Below are positions 10,257-20,548 of a DNA stretch of 64,000 nucleotides, piece after piece. Position 1 is the stretch's first letter. Each line of letters starts with the position of its first letter. Source of the stretch: Clostridia bacterium (GTDB lineage Bacteria > Bacillota > Clostridia > TANB77 > CAG-508); NCBI GenBank assembly GCA_017626365.1, contig JAGAIV010000042.1, positions 6,126 to 70,125 of the forward strand. Direction: 5' to 3'. The position numbers and the translations under genes are program-made. The notes under the pieces were generated by a model. It saw nothing but the letters and a program-made list of their open reading frames with translations. It ran no database searches and had not been told where the DNA came from.

Positions 10257-11268
10257 ATGAAACAAGTACTAAAAGTAGTTTTTGTAATCATTGGGACAAT
10301 AATAGGTGCAGGATTTGCATCTCGGAAAAGAAATTTATTTATTTTTTGGAAAATACAAATTTTACGGTATAATAGGAATTTTTATATCGTCTATTCTAAT
10401 GGGAATTATAATATATAAAGTTCTTAAAATAAGCAAAAAAGAGCAAATCGAAAGCTATGACCAATTTATTACTCAATTTCATTTAAATCAAAAAATTCAA
10501 AATATCATACAGACGATAATTCAAATATTCTTACTTATTTCTTTTTACATCATGATAGCAGGATTTAGTGCATATTTTTCACAGGAATGGCAACTATCAA
10601 ACTATGCAGGAACTGCCATAATTGTAATCTTATGTTATATTATTTTTATGGGAAATATAGAAAGATTAATGAAAGTAAATACAGTACTAGTACCAATTCT
10701 AATGATATCAATACTAATATTAATTTTCAGAAATGCCGATGCATTTAACTTATTAGAAGAAACAACAAAGCAGACATCAGTGATAAAAGCAATTTGGGAT
10801 GCAGTAATTTATACAAGCTATAATAGCATTATTTTAATTCCTATTTTATTACCATTACAAAAATGTTTAAAAAATAAGTATTTAATTTTTATAACCGCAA
10901 CTATATGTACTTTTATATTAATAATACTTGCAATTTCTATTTTTGGATTAATTTTAAAAGTAGATATCGATATAAACAAAGTAGAATTACCAACAGTATA
11001 TGTAGCAGGAATGATGGAAAAAAAATATAAAGTAATTTATGGAATTATTATTTTAGTTTCTATATATACATCAGCAATATCAGCAGGGTATGGATTTTTA
11101 GAAAAATATCATAATAACCCAAAACAATATAAAAGAATAGTAATCATAATGAGCACGATTGCATTTCTAATTTCAAACTTAGGTTTTACAACACTTGTAA
11201 ACTTGTTATATCCGATATTTGGAATATTAGGATTGGTACAAATAATAATAATCTTAAAAAAGACATAA
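10257..11268 (+). CDS. YkvI-family membrane protein; needs +1 recoding at CGG 10323-10325 (about 336 aa)
   Basis: ATG 10257 with GGGAGG RBS: MKQVLKVVFVIIGTIIGAGFAS-[C]GGA-KEIYLFF restores the family motif GAGFASG.E and joins the 10306..11268 frame. Confidence 0.88.
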
Positions 11269-11326
11269 TATATCTTGAAAAAAAGCATAAAAACTGATAT
11301 AAAAGAAGTAATGAAAGGAGAGAAAA

Positions 11327-12487
11327 ATGCAAATCAATTTGGATAAACGAAAAAAGAAGAAACTAATTATAATAATAAGCTCTATACTCGTAGCATTGAT
11401 TATAGTATCAATTGCCTTTTATATAGGAAATAAAAGTTTTAGAACATTTTTTGACCGATACATTTTAGGAAAGGAAATTACGGAAAATAAAGCAACAAGC
11501 ATAGATATTAGCGATCAAGAAAACCCAAGTATATATGCTTTTGATCAATATATTACAATATTAAATAAAAATAAATTAAACCTATATTCTGCCTCAGGGA
11601 AAAAAGAATATGAATTGGAAGTAAATATAAGCGATGCTCTATATGCTTCAAATAATCATTTTCTTATGATAGCACAAAAAAATGGACAAAATTTGTATCA
11701 AATTTCAGAAGGAAATATTGTATGGCAAAAAGAAATAGAAGGACAAATTCAAAAAGTAAATGTCAATAAAAATGGATATGTATCTATTATTATAGCAGGA
11801 AGCAGTTACAAAACAGTAATTGCAACATATAGTCCACAAGGAAAAGAATTATTTAAAACATATTTATCTAGTACAACATGTATCGATACTACGATATCAG
11901 CCGATAATAAATACCTTGCAATTGCAGAAATAAATACGAGTGGTACATTAATTCAATCTAGTATTAAAGTCATATCAGTAGAAAAAGCACAAACAGATCC
12001 AACCAATTCTGTTATTAACACATATAATGCAGAATCTGATCAGTTAATAAAAAATATAGAATATCAAGATAAAAACTATTTAGTAGCCATGTATGATAAC
12101 GAAATTAAAAGTATATACAAAGAACAAAACGAACAAATTGTATCATTTACAAATGACAAAATTACATTTGCAAATATCAAACTAAACAACTATGCAGTAT
12201 ATACATTAGAAAAAAGTTCAGGATTATTTAATAGCAATACACAAGTAAGCCTAAAAAATATAACAACAGAAAAAGAAAATATATATGTAGCAGAAGGAAT
12301 AGCAAAAGACATTAAAACACACGCAAATCATATTGCTTTAAACCTAGGAAGTGAAATCCACTTTATTACAACAAATGGTTGGTTAACAAAAAAATATACA
12401 TCTGAAAAAGAAGTAAAAGATATAGTATTAGGAGAAAAATTAGCAGGAGTAGTATATAAAGATAAAATAGACATCATAAATTTATAA
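11327..12487 (+). CDS. Membrane-anchored extracellular protein (DUF5711-like beta-propeller)
   Basis: N-terminal TM helix then beta-rich domain; typical neighbour of CvpA in Clostridia. Confidence 0.7.
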   Translation: MQINLDKRKKKKLIIIISSILVALIIVSIAFYIGNKSFRTFFDRYILGKEITENKATSIDISDQENPSIYAFDQYITILNKNKLNLYSASGKKEYELEVNISDALYASNNHFLMIAQKNGQNLYQISEGNIVWQKEIEGQIQKVNVNKNGYVSIIIAGSSYKTVIATYSPQGKELFKTYLSSTTCIDTTISADNKYLAIAEINTSGTLIQSSIKVISVEKAQTDPTNSVINTYNAESDQLIKNIEYQDKNYLVAMYDNEIKSIYKEQNEQIVSFTNDKITFANIKLNNYAVYTLEKSSGLFNSNTQVSLKNITTEKENIYVAEGIAKDIKTHANHIALNLGSEIHFITTNGWLTKKYTSEKEVKDIVLGEKLAGVVYKDKIDIINL

Positions 12488-12488
12488 T

Positions 12489-12514
12489 GTAGGGGTCGAC
12501 GCCTTCGTCGACCC
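12489..12514 (+). repeat. REP-like palindrome (GTAG type)
   Basis: GTAG-GGGTCGACG-cctt-CGTCGACCC directly after a stop codon. Confidence 0.65.
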
Positions 12515-12548
12515 ATAAACAATATAATAAAATAGGAGGAAACAAACA

Positions 12549-13211
12549 ATGGCAATTTTATTAGATTTAATAGTAATTGGAATTATATTATTAAGCACAT
12601 TTCTTGGCTATAAAAAAGGATTAATAGGCGTAGCATTTAAAATAATATCTTTTATAATTGCAATTATTATCACATTACTACTATATAAACCAGTATCAAA
12701 CCTAATCATAGAAAACACTTCATGGGATGAAACTATCGAAAATACAATATATACAAAATTAGCAGGAACAAAAGTAGAAGAAGGAGAAAAAATAAATAAA
12801 GAAGAAACAGATTTACCAGGAATTGTCGTAAATTACATTAATGAAGGAATTGAAAATACAGTAAAAGAAACACAAAAAAACGTAGCACAAATAGTAGCCC
12901 AAAATTTATCGCAAAGTATCATACAAATTGCTACAATGGTTATAATATTTATATTAACAAGACTAATATTGCTATTTGCAAAAGTGATATTAGAAGCAGT
13001 GTCAGAACTGCCTCTTATAAAACAATTTAATGAAACGGGAGGAATTATATACGGTATTTTAAGAGGATTTATTATGATATTTGCTATACTTGCAATAGCA
13101 AGTTTCATATTACCAGCGATCAATCAAACAGCCATGCTAGGATATATAGACAAAACATTTATCATCAAATTTTTATATAACCATAATATTATATTAATGT
13201 TATTTTTCTAA
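12549..13211 (+). CDS. CvpA (colicin V production) family membrane protein
   Basis: LDLIVIGIILLSTFLGYKKGLI, N..GGIIYGILRG motifs. Confidence 0.88.
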   Translation: MAILLDLIVIGIILLSTFLGYKKGLIGVAFKIISFIIAIIITLLLYKPVSNLIIENTSWDETIENTIYTKLAGTKVEEGEKINKEETDLPGIVVNYINEGIENTVKETQKNVAQIVAQNLSQSIIQIATMVIIFILTRLILLFAKVILEAVSELPLIKQFNETGGIIYGILRGFIMIFAILAIASFILPAINQTAMLGYIDKTFIIKFLYNHNIILMLFF

Positions 13212-13282
13212 AGACCAATATTGCTATTTTGCTAGATATTTGTTATACTAAAAGTCACATAATAAAATATAGGAGTGAAGTC

Positions 13283-14665
13283 ATGAAAAAACAAGAACAG
13301 TTAACCAAAAAAGAAAAAAAACAAAATAAGAAAATAGAAAAGAAAAAAAGAAAGCAAGAAAAAAAGGAAAAAAGAAAAAAGAGCAAAGCGTGGAAGGCAT
13401 TTAAAATAATTATGATAATATTACTAATTACAATACTTGCTTTTGCAGGAATATTTACATATAAAATGGCAAAAAATGGTTGGGGTTTACAAGGATTTAT
13501 TGCAACAGCAGTAGGACATGATGAATATACATTAAAAGATTTAAACCCTATTAATTTCTTATTAATAGGAATTAGTGGATATGAAGAAGACTACAAATTA
13601 GCAGACACAATCATGGTATGTTCCTATAATCCTAAAACGCAAAAAGCATCTATATTATCTATCCCAAGAGATACTTATGTAGGAAAAAATAAAGAAAAAG
13701 CATCGGCAAGTTATAAAATAAATGCTGTTTATAGAAATGGAGAAAATATTAACGGAATGGTAAAATCAATTGAGGGTATCACAGGACTTGAAATAAGTAA
13801 TTATTTTATTATAGATACAGATGCATTAGTAGAATTAGTAGATGCGATTGGAGGAGTAACCTTTGATGTTCCAATTGATATGAAATATGATGATGAAGGA
13901 CAAGATTTGCACATAGATTTGAAAGCAGGAGTTCAAAAACTAGATGGTAAGCAAGCGGAAGGACTTGTAAGATTCCGTCACAATAATGATGGAAGCACAT
14001 ATTCACTTGAATATGGAGATAATGATGTAGGAAGAATGAAAACACAAAGAGAATTTATTACAGAATTAATGAAACAAACTTTAAAACCAGAAAATATATT
14101 TAAATTAACTAAAATTGCAGAGATCGCATTTAAAAACATAACAACAAACATGACATGGGACAGTATAAAAGATTATATCCCATATGCAGTAAGTTTTAAC
14201 ACAGAAAACTTAAAAACAGGAGTGTTGCCAGGAACACCAGAACTTTGCAATAAAGTATGGATTTACACAGTCAATAAAAAACAAACCAAAACACTTATAG
14301 AAGAACTATTTAGCGAGGAAGAAGAAACTATTCCTGAAGAAAACACGAATACAATTGGAAATACGGTATCAAATGAGACAGCATCAAGTACAAATAAAAG
14401 TGAAATAACAATAGAATTGCTAAACGGAAGTGGAAAAGCAGAAAATCTTTCAAAAGTTACGAAATTATTAAAACAAAAAGGTTATAATGTTATAAAAACA
14501 GGAAATACTACAACTACAGACAAGACAAGTATTACCAATAAAACTAATCAACCAACTGTTACTTCAAATAATTTAAAAGAGATTCTAAAAGTTGGAACAA
14601 TAACGAAAAAATCCGATAATTCAAAAGTAGATTATACCATTATAATAGGAAAAGACTATAAATAA
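13283..14665 (+). CDS. LCP-family (LytR-CpsA-Psr) glycopolymer transferase with LytR_C domain
   Basis: ADTIMV, LSIPRDTYV, KINAVY, RFRH, DVGRMKTQR; C-terminal IELLNGSG...IIIGKDY; ATG 13283 after an AGGAG RBS. Confidence 0.92.
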   Translation: MKKQEQLTKKEKKQNKKIEKKKRKQEKKEKRKKSKAWKAFKIIMIILLITILAFAGIFTYKMAKNGWGLQGFIATAVGHDEYTLKDLNPINFLLIGISGYEEDYKLADTIMVCSYNPKTQKASILSIPRDTYVGKNKEKASASYKINAVYRNGENINGMVKSIEGITGLEISNYFIIDTDALVELVDAIGGVTFDVPIDMKYDDEGQDLHIDLKAGVQKLDGKQAEGLVRFRHNNDGSTYSLEYGDNDVGRMKTQREFITELMKQTLKPENIFKLTKIAEIAFKNITTNMTWDSIKDYIPYAVSFNTENLKTGVLPGTPELCNKVWIYTVNKKQTKTLIEELFSEEEETIPEENTNTIGNTVSNETASSTNKSEITIELLNGSGKAENLSKVTKLLKQKGYNVIKTGNTTTTDKTSITNKTNQPTVTSNNLKEILKVGTITKKSDNSKVDYTIIIGKDYK

Positions 14666-14678
14666 AGGAGGTTATCAT

Positions 14679-14993
14679 ATGGAATTATTAAATAAAATAA
14701 CACAATTATTAGAAGACAAAAAAGCCATAGATTTAAAAACACTAGATATAAAAGAAAAAAGTACATTAGCAGATTATTTTGTAATTGCAAGTGGAACTTC
14801 AAATACACACATAAAAGCACTAGCAGATAATGTTGAAGTAGAATTAAAAAAAGAAAACATTTATCCAAACAAAATAGAAGGATATAATACACAGTGGATT
14901 TTAATGGACTATGGAGACGTAGTTGTACACATATTTACTGAACAAGAAAGACAAAATTATGATATAGAACAATTATATGAAAAAAATAAATAA
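14679..14993 (+). CDS. rsfS: Ribosome silencing factor
   Basis: LEDKKAID, ADYFVIASGTSNTHIKALADNV, WILMDYGDVVVHIF. Confidence 0.96.
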   Translation: MELLNKITQLLEDKKAIDLKTLDIKEKSTLADYFVIASGTSNTHIKALADNVEVELKKENIYPNKIEGYNTQWILMDYGDVVVHIFTEQERQNYDIEQLYEKNK

Positions 14994-15032
14994 AAAAATG
15001 CAGGTCGATGAAAAAATCGACCTGCATTTTTT
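14993..15032. terminator. Bidirectional terminator
   Basis: AAAAAATGCAGGTCGAT...ATCGACCTGCATTTTTT. Confidence 0.85.
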
Positions 15033-16354
15033 AATAATCAAATTTATAAAAAGAATAGGTATTCTTAGAAGATTTCTTTTTAGATTTTGATTTTTTACTT
15101 TTTTTCTTCTTTTTCTTTCCCTTATTTATAAAATTCAAAACACATTTTAAAATATATAAAGCAAAAATTACCAACGCGATTTTTAATACAAGAGAAAAAA
15201 TAGAACTTGCTAAAATATCTTGACCTGCTATTAAATTTGTAGTATATTTAATACCATCAATAGTATAAGAAATTTTACCAATTACACTTCCTTTTTTAAT
15301 AGGAGCCTTTAGTTTTTCATCTAATTCTACTTCTGGAGAAAAATTTCCTAAAGAATTATCCATTTTTACTAATGCATTAATATCATTTTCATATAAGACG
15401 TTCAAATTTTTAGTATCACTTGAAGCATTTCTTGGAGTAATTACTTTAAAAACATCATTCGCTTTACAAAGAGTATCGTATTTATAATTTTCAAAGCCAT
15501 AATCAAATAAAGTAATACAATCATCAAATTTATTAGTATCTGTGGAAATATCAGAACCCGCTCCCATAATCACACAAATTAATTCCATATTATCTTTTTT
15601 TGCACTAGCAACAATACAATTTTTTGCAGCATCGGTATAACCTGTTTTAATACCAGTTGCATACTCATAATATTGTCCACTTTTAGGATTCACCAAGCGA
15701 TTTGTAGTAAGAAAAACACGGTCTTCTTTATCATATTTATTTGTGACAGGCAAAGTGTAGCGAACGGTAGAAACGAGCTTTCTAAAAGTTTCATTATTCA
15801 TAGCATATTTTCCAATCAAAGCTAAATCGTATGCAGTAGAATAATGGTTTTCATCATGTACTCCATTTGCATTTACAAAATGAGTATTTTCACACCCCAA
15901 TTCTCTTGCCTTTGTATTCATCATACTAGCAAAACTTTCTACAGATCCAGCTATATCTTCAGCAATAACATTTGCCGCATCATTAGCAGAAGGAATTAAT
16001 AAAACATGAAGCAATTGTTCATAAGTTAAAGTTTCATCTAATTGTAAATTAGCATTATTATATCCAACAGGAACTGTGAAAATAGCGTTATAACTAACGG
16101 TGGCTGTATCTGTAAGCAAACGATTTTCCAAAGCTAAAATTGCTGTCATAATTTTAGTAGTACTAGCAGGATACATTTTTTTATCTGCGTCCTTTTCATA
16201 TAAAATTTTACCAGTACCGTGAATCCATAAGCAAAGCAACCGGAGCATTCACAACAGGTTCTTTATTACTTGCAAAGCTTGGAATAATAGGCAACAATGC
16301 GCTAACAACAATAAAAAAAGTAAGTATATATACTAAATATTTTTTTCGATTCAT
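15031..16354 (-). CDS. D-alanyl-D-alanine carboxypeptidase (peptidase S11, DacA/DacF-like); needs +1 recoding at CGG 16219-16217 (about 440 aa)
   Basis: ATG 16354: signal peptide MNRKKYLVYILTFFIVVSALLPIIPSFA then ...NAPVALLMDS-[C]GGT-TGKILYEKDADKKMYPASTTK (SxxK), SAN, KTG motifs. Confidence 0.92.
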
Positions 16355-16468
16355 AAAACACCATCCATAAAATTAAAATGTCATCTAATATCTTATATTA
16401 AATCAATACAAATTTCAATGTTTATTATAAAAAAGCAATAAAATTAAGAAATAAAGGAGGAAATCCAA

Positions 16469-17088
16469 ATGATTAAATTTAATCAAAAACAAATAACAAT
16501 AGGAGCTTTAGTAATAGCTATCATGCTAGGAATTATCGGTTACTACTTTTATACAACATTACAAAATAATGAAGAAGAAACCATACAAATTAGTGAAGAA
16601 AACATTGTAGAAAAGGAAATCGAAACAAAAGAAGAAAAAGAAGAGAAAATCATTGTCCATATTGCAGGAGAAGTAAAAAATCCTGGAATAATCAAAATTA
16701 ATGAAGGAGCAAGAATAGCAGATGTAATTGAAAAAGCAGGAGGATTAAACAAAGAAGCAGACATAAGCAACATTAATCTTGCTTACGCAGTGGAAGATGG
16801 ACAAAAAATAACTATACCAACGATAGGTAATGAAATACAAGAATATATAACCGAAGACAGTCAAACAAACGTGAAACAAGAAAACTCGAACAAAAAAATA
16901 AATCTAAATAAAGCTACAAGCGCGGAACTACAGACACTCCAAGGTATACGGAGAATCCACAGCTGAAAAAATTATCAATTATCGAAAAGAAAATCGGAAA
17001 CTTTAAACAAATTGAAGACTTAAAAAATGTCCCCGGAATCGGAGACTCAAAATTTGACGCCATTAAGGAAAACATTACGGTAAAATAA
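16469..17088 (+). CDS. comEA: Competence DNA receptor ComEA; needs two +1 recodings (CGG 16949-16951, 16995-16997; about 205 aa)
   Basis: SLBB domain (VHIAGEVKNPG), then ININKATSAELQTLQGI-[C]GGA-ESTAEKIINYRKEN-[C]GGA-NFKQIEDLKNVPGIGDSKFDAIKENITVK*, a complete HhH pair. Confidence 0.93.
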
Positions 17089-17122
17089 AAAAAGAACCAT
17101 ATTAATATGGTTCTAGGTTTGT

Positions 17123-17198
17123 TGGTTGCGAAGGCAGGACTCGAACCTGCGACCTTCGGGTTATGAGCCCGACGAGCTGCCAACTGCTCCACCTCGCG
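17123..17198 (-). tRNA. Initiator tRNA-fMet(CAT)
   Basis: CGCGAGGTGGAGCAGTTGGCAGCTCGTCGGG-CTCATAA-CCCGAAGGTCGCAGGTTCGAGTCCTGCCTTCGCAACCA; C1:A72 mismatch and three G-C pairs in the anticodon stem. Confidence 0.97.
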
Positions 17199-17356
17199 AT
17201 GTACTTGTATAGTATAATCTGTTTTATGCATAATGTCAAGGTTTCTGATAAAATTTTCTTAAAATTTCAGAGAATACCTTGTATAATTAAAAAAAAAAGG
17301 ATAATATATAGTATATGTAGAAACTCGAAAAATATACCAAATTAGGAGGAAGTATC

Positions 17357-18055
17357 ATGGAATTTTATATGAATGAAGGAAAAAGTGTTGAAATAGAAGT
17401 AAATGGACAAACTTATTTAAGACATGCAATCAAAACAAGATTTGTAAAACAGGGAGAATCATATATAGATTTATTTAAAGAATATGTATTACCAATTTAT
17501 GAAGAAGGGGATATTATCTCAAGCAGTGAAAAAATTATTGCATTGTGTCAAAACAGAATCATAAAAAGAGAAGATATCAAAATAGGATTTTGGGCAAAAC
17601 TTTTATCAAAATTTGCATCACATCCAGATACAGGAGTTGGAGTAGGAGAAACGATTAAAATGCAATATGCTATTGATACAGTAGGACTATTAAAAGTATT
17701 ATGGGCAAGTATTGCAAGTGCAGTAACAAAACTATTTGGAAAAAAAGGTGTGTTTTACGAGATTGTAGGACAAGAAGTTAGTGGACTAGACGGATTTTAT
17801 GATCACGTTTGGAAAGAATATGGAGATATCGGAATTCAATTGCCAGAAAATCCAACAGGAGTATGTAATGACATAAAAGAACAATTAGGAATTTCTTGTA
17901 TGATTGTAGACGCTAATGATTTAGGACAAGAAATACTAGGATATTCAGATGATATCAAACTATCAGAACAAGAATTAAAAGAATTGATTAAAGATAACCC
18001 ATCAGGACAAGGAAAAGAATTAACACCATTAATTTTAATCAGAAGGAAAAACTAA
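17357..18055 (+). CDS. F420-0:gamma-glutamyl ligase (CofE)-like protein
   Basis: RHAIKTRF, SEKIIALCQNR, IVDANDLG, DNPSGQGKELTPLILIR. Confidence 0.75.
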   Translation: MEFYMNEGKSVEIEVNGQTYLRHAIKTRFVKQGESYIDLFKEYVLPIYEEGDIISSSEKIIALCQNRIIKREDIKIGFWAKLLSKFASHPDTGVGVGETIKMQYAIDTVGLLKVLWASIASAVTKLFGKKGVFYEIVGQEVSGLDGFYDHVWKEYGDIGIQLPENPTGVCNDIKEQLGISCMIVDANDLGQEILGYSDDIKLSEQELKELIKDNPSGQGKELTPLILIRRKN

Positions 18056-18066
18056 AAAAAACAGAC

Positions 18067-18153
18067 AAAGGAAAAGAAGCCATTATTTTACTGGAGCGTA
18101 TGCGACCAGCGCAGGAATTGAGCGAAATTAAAAATAATGGCTTCTCTTCCTTT
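18067..18153. repeat. Long-stem intergenic hairpin element, copy 1
   Basis: Arms AAAGGAAAAGAAGCCATTATTTT / AAAATAATGGCTTCTCTTCCTTT enclose GGAGCGTATGCGACCAGCGCAGGAATTGA, shared with 43480-43508. Confidence 0.8.
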
Positions 18154-18170
18154 AAACATTATCTATAAAA

Positions 18171-18212
18171 ATACCTAGCATTATGTGGTCTTTACCCACT
18201 TTTGCTAGGTAT
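18171..18212. terminator. Hairpin downstream of the IbrB-like gene
   Basis: ATACCTAGCA...TGCTAGGTAT inverted repeat. Confidence 0.55.
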
Positions 18213-18233
18213 ATAATTTGTATAAAAACGAGG

Positions 18234-18758
18234 CTAGGTGGTTTTTTTTAGATTTTCTTCAAACTCTTCCCAAGATTTACTAAAAACATGATTTGCAAAA
18301 GCCTCTTTTAATCCACTAATTTGTTTTAAGCGAATAATCTCATCTAATTCCATTCCTAAATGTTCTGAAATCTGTTCTTCGCTCCATCCATTATTACTTA
18401 AATCAATCACAATCTTAGACATATCAACAATTTGATGAGTACCTCTTGCACGATTATGGCGAATGGTACTTGCCATACGATTACTTAAATCCTTATCAAT
18501 AGTAACAATGGGAACTTGCTTCAAATGAAAATATTCTTTTGCACAACGATAACGGTGAAATCCATCCACAACAATATAACGGTCATTTTCTTTATCATAA
18601 TAAGTAACAATTGGCTGTGTATATCCATCTTCTTCAATCGAATGTTTTAAAAGTTTCATTTCTGGAGGAGCAACCTTGTTAGGGTTATAGTCATTTGCCA
18701 CAACCTTATCAATATCTACCATTTTCACATTTAAGACAGGAAATTCAATTTCTTTCAA
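18234..18758 (-). CDS. ParB/sulfiredoxin-like protein (IbrB-like)
   Basis: ANDYNPNKVAPPEMKLL..SI.EDGYTQPIV, VVDGFHRY, RMASTIRHNRARG. Confidence 0.9.
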   Translation of the reverse strand: MKEIEFPVLNVKMVDIDKVVANDYNPNKVAPPEMKLLKHSIEEDGYTQPIVTYYDKENDRYIVVDGFHRYRCAKEYFHLKQVPIVTIDKDLSNRMASTIRHNRARGTHQIVDMSKIVIDLSNNGWSEEQISEHLGMELDEIIRLKQISGLKEAFANHVFSKSWEEFEENLKKTT

Positions 18759-19127
18759 TTATTTGTCACCTCTAATCATAACAAAATGCTTATAATTATC
18801 TAAAACACTTACTTTCAATCCACACTCTTGATATAGATTCTTATATAAATTTGTTACAATACTAGGTTGAATAGTTATGGTTTTTAAAATTTCTTTAAAA
18901 ATTTCTTTTAAATAAGTTTCATTACTAGAATAAATATTTTTAATAACACCATCACAGACCGAAATAAATCCACAAGCTTTGTCATCTGGATCAACATAGA
19001 TGTACCAAGATTTGTTATTATCATCATAAATACGGTCTTTTGTTTCTGTTTGAACAATACGAGAACCAAAGAACTTCCCCATATAATTATAAAAATTAGA
19101 ATCTTTATTCGTCAGTTTTATTATCAT
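18759..19127 (-). CDS. Hypothetical protein (possible degenerate GNAT fold) inside the IbrAB-like cassette
   Basis: Tightly coupled ORF between the ibrA-like and ibrB-like genes; ACGFISV and LYQECGL resemble GNAT elements (inference). Confidence 0.65.
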   Translation of the reverse strand: MIIKLTNKDSNFYNYMGKFFGSRIVQTETKDRIYDDNNKSWYIYVDPDDKACGFISVCDGVIKNIYSSNETYLKEIFKEILKTITIQPSIVTNLYKNLYQECGLKVSVLDNYKHFVMIRGDK

Positions 19128-20416
19128 CTTTGTTCACCTCTTCTTCTATAAATTTAATTAAATCTTTATCATCCGAAACAGTATCCTCTGTTAATAAATT
19201 ATCCCATTTATGAATGAGCTTTCGAAGTTCTTCATCATCTGTTTTTGTTTGTGCAAAACAAAGACGTTTCATATAAAAATCATTCTTTTCAATAGCTCTT
19301 GCAATTCTTCTCCAAGAAATAACTTTTTTCTGATTTTCCAATTTACTATCTGCCTCATCTGGAATATCGCAAATATCGATGTTATCTCGTTTTTTATACC
19401 AATAAGCGAATTTCTTAATTTTTCGATAATAATGAAGCATTAAATCACTATTATAAATTCCAATGCTTTCAAGTAAAAAGATAGCATATTCTTTCCAAGA
19501 CATAAAATCTGGCTTAGAAGTTCGAAGATTTCCTAAAGCAGTAGTCCTACAATATATATTTCCAAAATTAACACCGATTCACACGATTTACTACCTTAGA
19601 CCAGGTATCATATTCCAAAGCTTTAAATTGGTCTAGTCCATTTTTTTGGTCATCGCCATAAGGCTGACATAAACGTTGCTCATGAATACTAAGACCATTT
19701 TTATACATTAACTCATAAACCTGATTATACTTCAAATCAAACTTACTAACAGCCCCCCAAATATCTTCTGTTCGCCAGTCGTAAATAGGATAAAAATTAA
19801 ATACATCAATATATCTATCATTACATTTAATTTTAGTTGTCCAACGCTTATTGTCATACACAATTTTTCCATCAAACGTAATAGTTCTAAAACGGTTTAA
19901 ACTCTCATCACTACGGATTCCAACACCACAAGCAACTAATCCACCATATTTTTTTTGGTACCAATCTGCAAATTCAAGAATAAAATCTTCAAATTCCTCT
20001 CCTTTACGAAACCAAGGAAAAGGATTATTATTCATATTAATACTATCACTTGGTAAATCCCTTACCCATAAATCTTTACTTTCCTCTTCCCAACAAATCC
20101 ATTTTGGCTGTAAAATAGAAACAGCATTTCTAAGAGCCATAGGAAGGGCAATATGATAAAAATCTCGAATTTGAGATAATTGCTTTAATTCATAAACATG
20201 GTCAATGGTTAAACGATATTGTGCTTCAAAATCAATATATAAAACATCAAATTTACGGTTCTTTTTCTTAGCAACCATATTAGCTAGCTGAACCATAACA
20301 CTGCTATCTTTTCCACCACTTACACTAAAATATATATTATCAAAATGATCAAATATAAATTCCAATCGTTCAAAGGCAGCATCTAAAACGTTTTTTTTCA
20401 AATATATTTTAGGCAA
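19105..20416 (-). CDS. PAPS-reductase/DUF3440 protein (IbrA-like); needs +1 recoding at CGG 19576-19574 (about 436 aa)
   Basis: SVSGGKDS PP-loop, GIRSDESLNR, YPIYDW, QRLCQPYGDDQ; ...VNRVN-[C]GGT-VNFGNIYCRTTALG...MSWKEY joins both ORF fragments. Confidence 0.9.
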
Positions 20417-20548
20417 AATTTACACCCTCTTTAATGATTCACATATCAGTATTATGATATAAACGTAGAAAAAAGTCAATAAAAGCAGAATAGTAGTATT
20501 TTATTTAAAAAAAGTGTGATATAATTTATAAAAAAAGGAGAAAAAAGT

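Noticed and set aside
16914-17345. ORFs 16914..17231(-) and 17163..17345(+)
   Set aside because: They overlap tRNA-fMet and the recoded comEA 3' end; shadow ORFs.
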